From: Acidobacteriota bacterium
Lineage (GTDB): Bacteria > Acidobacteriota > Vicinamibacteria > Vicinamibacterales > 2-12-FULL-66-21
Assembly (NCBI GenBank): GCA_013362195.1
Contig: JABFWM010000146.1
Location: forward strand, 1-39,102
Direction of reading: 5' to 3'
Length of the DNA stretch: 39,102 bases
Shown here: one piece after another, positions 34,236 through 39,102 of the stretch
Numbering within the stretch: position 1 is the stretch's first letter
How the letters are laid out: the number at the start of each line of letters is the position of its first letter
Notes under the pieces: model-generated
What the model was told of the DNA's origin: nothing
Databases searched by the model: none
Seen by the model: only the letters and a program-made list of their open reading frames with translations
Translations under genes and position numbers: made by a program

Positions 34236-36803
34236 ATGGTGCTCTCGATGATGGCGGTCGTCCTGGGGCTGCTTGGCGCCGAACAGCCGGCGAAGCCGGA
34301 CCCGGACCTCGGCGTCACCGACACGCTGGCCCGCGAGCGCGTGACGCGGGTGTCGGATCTGCGCTACGACCTGGCCTTCACGATTCCCGCCGCGCGCCAG
34401 CAGCCGGTTGGCGGACGCGCGGTCATCACCTTCACCCTCGCCGACGCCACCGCGCCGCTCGTCCTCGATTTCCGTCCGGATCGTGCCGGGCTCCTCAAGA
34501 GCGTCGAGGTCGAGGACGTGAAGATCGACGTGCGGCAGGTGAACGGCCACGTCATCGTGCCGCCGACCGCGTTGCGCGCCGGCGCCAACCGCATCGCCCT
34601 GGACTTCGACGCCGGCGACGTGCCGCTCAATCGCAGCGACGACTTCCTCTACACGATCTTCGTGCCGGCGCGGGCGCACCAGGCGTTCCCGTGCTTCGAT
34701 CAGCCGGATCTCAAGGCGCGATGGACGCTGCGGCTGGACGTGCCGGACGGCTGGGAGACGCTCGCCAACGGCGAGGAGCGCGCGCGCGACCGCCGCGACG
34801 GCCGCACCCGGCTGGCGTTCGCGGAAACGCCGCCGCTCTCCACCTACCTGTTCGCGTTTGCGGCGGGCCGGTTCACCGTGGAAGAGGGCGAACGCAACGG
34901 CCGGCGCTTCCGCATGCTGCACCGGGAAACCGACGCCGCGAAGGTCGCGCGCAACCGGGACGCGATCTTCGATCTGCATGCGACGGCGCTGCAGTGGCTG
35001 GAGCGGTACACGGGGATCCCGTATCCGTTCGGCAAGTTCGATTTCCTGCTGGTGCCCGCCTTCCAGTTCGGCGGCATGGAGCATCCCGGCGCGATTTTCT
35101 ACAACGCGAACGGGCTGATGCTCGACGAGAGCGCGACGCAGGATCAGCGGCTCGCGCGCGCGAGCGTCATCGCCCACGAGACCGCCCACATGTGGTTCGG
35201 CGATCTCGTCACGAGGCGGTGGTTCAACGACGTGTGGATGAAGGAGGTCTTCGCCAACTTCATGGCCGCGAAGATCGTGAACCCGTCCTTTCCGTCGATC
35301 AATCACGCGCTGCGCTTTCTGCTCGCGCACTACCCGGCCGCCTACGACGTCGATCGCACCGCCGGCGCCAACGAGATCCGCCAGCCGCTCGCCAACCTCG
35401 ACGAGGCCGGCACGCTCTACGGCGCGATCATCTATCAGAAGGCGCCGATCGTCATGCGACAGCTCGAGACGCTGGTCGGCGCGGACGCGTTCCGGGACGG
35501 CCTGCGCGAGTATCTCGAGGCGCACGCCTTCGGGAACGCGTCGTGGCCCGATCTGATCGCCGTCCTCGATCGCCGCACCCCCGAGGATCTCGTCGCCTGG
35601 AGCCGCGCCTGGGTCGAAGAGCGGGGACGTCCGATCCTGACGACCGGCCTGCGGGTCTCGCGCGGCCGCATTGCGCGTCTGACGTTGACGCAGCGCGACC
35701 CGATCGCGAGCCGCGGGCTCACCTGGAACCAGCGCATCGACGTCGCGATCGGCGGACGCGACGGGCTGCACCACGTCTCCGTCCGGATGAGCGCGCCGCG
35801 CGTCGACGTGGCCGCGGCCCGCGGCATGCCGGCGCCGCAGTTCGTGCTGGCGTCCGGCGGCGGTCTCGCGTACGGCGACGTCCACCTCGACGCCTCGTCG
35901 CTGGCATGGTTGATGGAGCACGTGGCGGACGTGCCTGACGCGCTCACCCGCGGCGCCGCGTGGGTCACGCTCTGGGACGCGGTGCTCAACGCCGACGTGC
36001 GGCCCGACGCGCTCGTCGCGCTCGCGCTGCGGTCGCTGCCGGCCGAGCGCGACGAATTGAACGTGCAGCGCGAGTTGCACTACCTGACGCAGGCGTACTG
36101 GCAGTACCTCGGCCCGGCCGAGCGGCGGGCGACCGCGCCGCACCTCGAGCAGGTGCTGCGCGCCGGGCTGGACACGGCGCGCTCGCAGAGCGCGAAGTCC
36201 GCCTGGTTCTCCGCGCTGCGCGATATCGCGCAGACACCCGAGACGATCGCCTGGTTGTCCAACGTGTGGAGCCGCAAGGAGCCGGTGCCGGGGCTGGCGC
36301 TGGCGGAGACCGATGAGATCCGGCTCGCCGAGGAACTGGCGGTGCGCGAAGTCGCCGATGCCTCCTCGATACTGGATCGCCAGTTCGAGCGGACGGAGAA
36401 CCCGGATCGGAAGGCGCAATTCGCGTTCGTGCGCCCGGCGTTGTCCGCGGATCCGGCGGTGCGCGACGCGTGGTTCGCGTCGCTTGGCGAGGCGGCGAAC
36501 CGGCGCCGCGAGCCGTGGGTCCTCGAGGGATTGCGCTATCTGCACCATCCGCTGCGCGCGGAGGCCTCGCGGAAATACCTTCAGCGCAGCCTCGAGATGC
36601 TGCGCGACATCCAACGCAGCGGCGACATCTTTTTCCCGAAGCGCTGGCTGGATGCGACGCTCGGCGGGCATCAGTCGCCCGCCGCGGCAGCGACGGTGCG
36701 TGCGTTCATCGAACGGCTGCCCTCCGGATACCCGGAGCGGCTGCGGCGCATCGTGCTGTCGTCGGCGGACGACCTGTTCCGTGCGAGCCGAATCGTGCGG
36801 TAA
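34236..36803 (+). CDS. M1 family metallo-aminopeptidase (aminopeptidase N-like)
   Basis: ORF 34236..36803 (855 aa). GAMEN-like FGGMEHPG and the zinc motif VIAHETAHMWFGDLVTRRWFNDVWMKEVFA (HExxH-18-E). Confidence 0.9.
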   Translation: MVLSMMAVVLGLLGAEQPAKPDPDLGVTDTLARERVTRVSDLRYDLAFTIPAARQQPVGGRAVITFTLADATAPLVLDFRPDRAGLLKSVEVEDVKIDVRQVNGHVIVPPTALRAGANRIALDFDAGDVPLNRSDDFLYTIFVPARAHQAFPCFDQPDLKARWTLRLDVPDGWETLANGEERARDRRDGRTRLAFAETPPLSTYLFAFAAGRFTVEEGERNGRRFRMLHRETDAAKVARNRDAIFDLHATALQWLERYTGIPYPFGKFDFLLVPAFQFGGMEHPGAIFYNANGLMLDESATQDQRLARASVIAHETAHMWFGDLVTRRWFNDVWMKEVFANFMAAKIVNPSFPSINHALRFLLAHYPAAYDVDRTAGANEIRQPLANLDEAGTLYGAIIYQKAPIVMRQLETLVGADAFRDGLREYLEAHAFGNASWPDLIAVLDRRTPEDLVAWSRAWVEERGRPILTTGLRVSRGRIARLTLTQRDPIASRGLTWNQRIDVAIGGRDGLHHVSVRMSAPRVDVAAARGMPAPQFVLASGGGLAYGDVHLDASSLAWLMEHVADVPDALTRGAAWVTLWDAVLNADVRPDALVALALRSLPAERDELNVQRELHYLTQAYWQYLGPAERRATAPHLEQVLRAGLDTARSQSAKSAWFSALRDIAQTPETIAWLSNVWSRKEPVPGLALAETDEIRLAEELAVREVADASSILDRQFERTENPDRKAQFAFVRPALSADPAVRDAWFASLGEAANRRREPWVLEGLRYLHHPLRAEASRKYLQRSLEMLRDIQRSGDIFFPKRWLDATLGGHQSPAAAATVRAFIERLPSGYPERLRRIVLSSADDLFRASRIVR

Positions 36804-36811
36804 GCCGACCG

Positions 36812-36904
36812 CTACGAATGGTTCGCCGCTCGACGCGAGCGGCGCTTCTTGACGGACACGAAGCTGATACCGCCCATGATGGCGGCGATGGCAAACAGGA
36901 ACAT
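36812..36904 (-). CDS. Unlisted small ORF: 30-aa single-helix membrane peptide MFLFAIAAIMGGISFVSVKKRRSRRAANHS
   Basis: Hand-translated. ATG 36904..36902 is preceded by GGGAGG (36916..36911) with a 6-nt spacer, the strongest SD I saw in the window. 24 of 29 third positions are G/C. One hydrophobic helix plus a basic tail. Too short for the ORF track. Confidence 0.4.
   Translation of the reverse strand: MFLFAIAAIMGGISFVSVKKRRSRRAANHS
36825..36850 (+). terminator. Candidate intrinsic terminator after the aminopeptidase gene
   Basis: GCCGCTCG-acg-CGAGCGGC (8-bp stem, 36825-36843) followed by GCTTCTT. It begins 22 nt after the TAA at 36801-36803 and lies inside the convergent small ORF. Confidence 0.45.
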
Positions 36905-37102
36905 GACAGACCTCCCGGGGCGCTTCCAAGGGCAAGGCTGGTGCCGCACCCGGGCGGCGGACGCGAAAACTGCCTAAGATGGCACGTCCACGCGACTTAC
37001 CGCCGGGCTGCGGAACCCCGCGGACGACCGCGTCGGGGGCGCGGCCCGCGTGGGACCACGAAATTCGTCAGGAGGTTGCAGAATGGTGAGGACGCGGCCC
37101 GC

Positions 37103-37618
37103 ATGCGCATCCGCATCCTGGTGACGGGCGGCACGTTCGACAAGGAATACGACGAGCTGACCGGCCGCCTCTATTTCCGCGACACGCACGTGCCCGAGAT
37201 GCTCCGGCGCGGCCGCGCCCGCCTGGATCTCGCGATCGAGACGGTGATGATGATCGACAGCCTCGAGATGACCGACGCCGGCCGCGCCGCGATCGTGCGC
37301 CGCTGCCAGGAGGCCGCCGAGCAGGCGATCGTGATCACGCACGGGACCGATACGATGGTCGAGACCGCCGCCGCGCTGGCGCGCGCGCCGTTGATCGGCA
37401 AGACGATCGTGCTCACCGGCGCGATGGTGCCGTACGCGTTCGGCAGCTCGGACGGCCTGTTCAATCTCGGCAGTGCCCTGTCGTTCGCGCAGGTTCTCGC
37501 GCCCGGCGTGTACATCGCGATGAACGGTCAGCACTTCGCGTGGAACGCGTGCCGCAAGAACCGCGACACCGGCGTCTTCGAACGCACTGAAGCAGCAAAC
37601 CCTGAATCCGAACGCTGA
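37103..37618 (+). CDS. Short asparaginase-family domain protein (N-terminal asparaginase/glutaminase-like domain)
   Basis: Real part of ORF 36470..37618 starts at ATG 37103 (MRIRILVTGGTFDKEYDE..), with GAGGA 10 nt upstream. Motifs VTGGT and VITHGTDTMVETAAAL are the asparaginase threonine-triad regions. Confidence 0.7.
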   Translation: MRIRILVTGGTFDKEYDELTGRLYFRDTHVPEMLRRGRARLDLAIETVMMIDSLEMTDAGRAAIVRRCQEAAEQAIVITHGTDTMVETAAALARAPLIGKTIVLTGAMVPYAFGSSDGLFNLGSALSFAQVLAPGVYIAMNGQHFAWNACRKNRDTGVFERTEAANPESER

Positions 37619-37664
37619 ACGCGAACCGCTTGAACGTGTGAACCTCATGAACCCTGAACCGTCC

Positions 37665-38819
37665 ATGACCCGCACAACGCCCTTTGCCTCGAAGCTCCCC
37701 TCCGTCGGCACGACGATCTTCACCGTGATGTCGAAGCTCGCCGCCGATACGGGGGCGATTAACCTCTCGCAGGGGTATCCGGACTTCGACTGCGATCCCG
37801 ACCTCGTCGAAGCGGTCGCGCGGCACATGCGCGAGGGACGCAACCAGTACGCGCCGATGCAGGGCGTGCCGGCGCTGCGCCAGGCGATCGCCGCGAAGTA
37901 CGACGAGCTGTATGGCGCGCAGTACGACCCGGAGACGGAGGTGACGGTGACCTCGGGCGGCACCGAGGCGATCTTCAACGCCGTCGCGATGGCGATCCAG
38001 CCGGGCGACGAGGCCATCGTCTTCGAGCCGGTCTACGACTCGTACGTGCCGGCGGTGGAGTTGAACGGCGGCCGCGCGGTCGTGGTTCCGCTGCGCGCTC
38101 CGGCGTACGCGATTCCATGGGACGAGGTCCGCGCCGCAATCACGCCGCGGACGCGGGTCATCATGCTGAACTCGCCGCACAATCCCACGGCGACGGTGCT
38201 GTCGTCGGCCGATCTCGCGGAGCTCTCGCGCCTCGTCGCCGGCACCGACATCCTCATCGTCAGCGACGAAGTCTACGAGCACATCATCTTCGATGGGGCG
38301 CGCCACGAGAGCATGGCGCGGCATCCGGAGTTGCGCGCGCGCAGCGTCGTGATCGGGTCGTTCGGCAAGACCTATCACGTGACGGGATGGAAGGTCGGCT
38401 ACGCCGTGGCGCCGGTGGAGCTGACGACCGAGTTCCGCAAGGTGCACCAGTTCACCACGTTCGCGACCAACACGCCGACCCAGTACGCGCTCGCGGAGTT
38501 CCTCACCGCCCGCAAGGGGTACCCGGAACTGTCCGCGTTCTATCAGCGCAAGCGCGATCTGTTCCTGCGGCTCATCGAGGGTTCGCGGTTCCGGCCGCTG
38601 CCCTCCCGCGGCACCTACTTCCAGCTGCTCGACTACTCGGCGATTACCGACGAGGGCGACATGGAGTTCGCGCTGCGGATCACCAGGGAGCACGGCGTCG
38701 CATCGATCCCGACCTCCGCGTTCCTCTACAAACAATCCGCACCGAAGGTGCTCCGCTTCTGCTTCGCCAAGAAAGACGACACGCTCGAGCGCGCGGCGGA
38801 GCGGTTGCGCAGGTTGTAA
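37665..38819 (+). CDS. ybdL: PLP-dependent methionine/glutamine aminotransferase, YbdL type (class I aminotransferase)
   Basis: ORF 37638..38819. It is near-colinear with E. coli YbdL as I remember it: KLPSVGTTIFTVMSKLA..AINLSQGYPDFD, SFGKTYHVTGWKVGYAVAP (PLP lysine) and LRFCFAKKDDTLERAAERLRRL. ATG 37665 gives the YbdL-like N-terminus MTRTTPFASKLP. In-frame GTG 37638 and ATG 37647 are alternatives. Confidence 0.9.
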   Translation: MTRTTPFASKLPSVGTTIFTVMSKLAADTGAINLSQGYPDFDCDPDLVEAVARHMREGRNQYAPMQGVPALRQAIAAKYDELYGAQYDPETEVTVTSGGTEAIFNAVAMAIQPGDEAIVFEPVYDSYVPAVELNGGRAVVVPLRAPAYAIPWDEVRAAITPRTRVIMLNSPHNPTATVLSSADLAELSRLVAGTDILIVSDEVYEHIIFDGARHESMARHPELRARSVVIGSFGKTYHVTGWKVGYAVAPVELTTEFRKVHQFTTFATNTPTQYALAEFLTARKGYPELSAFYQRKRDLFLRLIEGSRFRPLPSRGTYFQLLDYSAITDEGDMEFALRITREHGVASIPTSAFLYKQSAPKVLRFCFAKKDDTLERAAERLRRL

Positions 38820-38820
38820 A

Positions 38821-39102
38821 GGCGCCGGGTCTGAAGACCGGCGCTCGCGCGTGACAGATGTAGCCCGGGTCGTCAGACCCGGCGTTCGCGCGTGACAGAT
38901 GTAGCCCGGGCCGTCAGACCCGGCGCGCGCGCGTGACAGATGTAGCCCGGGTCGTCAGACCCGGCGTTCGCGCGCGACAGATGTAGGCCGGGTCTTCAGA
39001 CCCGGCGCTCGCGCGTGACAGATGTAGGCCGGGTCTTCAGACCCGGCGTTCGCGCGTGACAGCTGTAGGCCGGGTCTTCAGACCCGGCGCTCGCGCGTGA
39101 CA
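38821..39102. repeat. 41-bp tandem array of a palindromic REP-like unit (one diverged unit, six full units, one truncated by the window end)
   Basis: The motif GTGACAG(A/C)TGTAG(G/C)CCGGGTC(T/G)TCAGACCCGGCG... recurs with GTGACA/GCGACA at 38851, 38892, 38933, 38974, 39015, 39056 and 39097, an exact 41-nt period. Each unit holds a 7-8 bp stem and 4-nt loop. The array starts 2 nt after the ybdL stop. Confidence 0.95.

Noticed and set aside
31132-34251. 1039-aa plus-strand ORF, and similar very long ORFs (28..999 +, 1174..2304 +, 4070..5524 +, 10405..12144 +, 16604..18208 +, 25230..27164 +, 27264..29654 +, 34221..36935 -, 36974..38017 -, 37461..38735 -)
   Set aside because: These are shadow ORFs opposite real genes, left open because sense-strand third positions are G/C. 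Their translations are R/A/E/P/G-rich low-complexity with no family motifs. The opposite-strand frames carry clear GT, ABC, E1, M1-peptidase and aminotransferase motifs.
38821-39102. Possible CRISPR array (regularly spaced palindromic repeats)
   Set aside because: The whole 41-nt unit repeats with only point differences, so there are no unique spacer segments. No cas genes or leader are present in the window. It is a tandem REP-like repeat.
1-39102. Mobile elements, prophage, defence islands, tRNA/rRNA genes
   Set aside because: No transposase-, integrase-, recombinase-, nuclease-, cas- or toxin-antitoxin-like translations were recognisable in any frame, and I noticed no tRNA- or rRNA-like sequence. 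Absence is judged by eye only; a tRNAscan, Infernal or HMM search would be the decisive check.

Overview
Very GC-rich bacterial chromosomal window; third codon positions are almost always G/C, so both strands carry long shadow ORFs. I separated real genes from shadows by protein-family motifs and by start/stop geometry. About 60% of the window (1-22803, all minus strand) is one large Wzy-type polysaccharide (EPS/O-antigen-like) locus. In transcription order it encodes:
- a degenerate sigma54-activator-like regulator, an outer-membrane beta-barrel candidate and a Wza-like export protein;
- ten GT4-type and two GT2 glycosyltransferases, interleaved with three class-I SAM methyltransferases and one FkbM methyltransferase;
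- a Wzy/O-antigen-ligase-like membrane protein and a small PglC-type priming phosphoglycosyl transferase;
- a geranylgeranyl-reductase-family flavoprotein and a PF14907-type nucleotidyltransferase that runs off the window and is absent from the ORF track.

Nearly all junctions are 4-nt ATGA/GTGA or 1-nt start/stop overlaps. The one large gap between glycosyltransferase genes (10250-10398) holds a 15-unit T(T/C)AGGGC heptamer array plus a palindromic REP-like element.

Upstream on the same strand are two more coupled units. One is Fpg/Nei-like glycosylase, MsbA-type ABC exporter and two glycosyltransferases. The other is TrxC (zinc-finger thioredoxin) and a fused E1 alpha/beta 2-oxoacid dehydrogenase.

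The right end carries a membrane protein, a divergent FkbM/GT87 (DUF2029) pair, an M1 aminopeptidase, an unlisted 30-aa membrane ORF, a short asparaginase-family protein and a YbdL-type aminotransferase. It ends in a 41-bp tandem array of the same palindromic element, truncated by the window end.

I saw no rRNA, tRNA, CRISPR, transposase or integrase. I recognise no defence or toxin system. The most unusual items are the repeat architectures, the motif-dead activator, and the absence of Wzx/Wzc next to an ABC-exporter operon.
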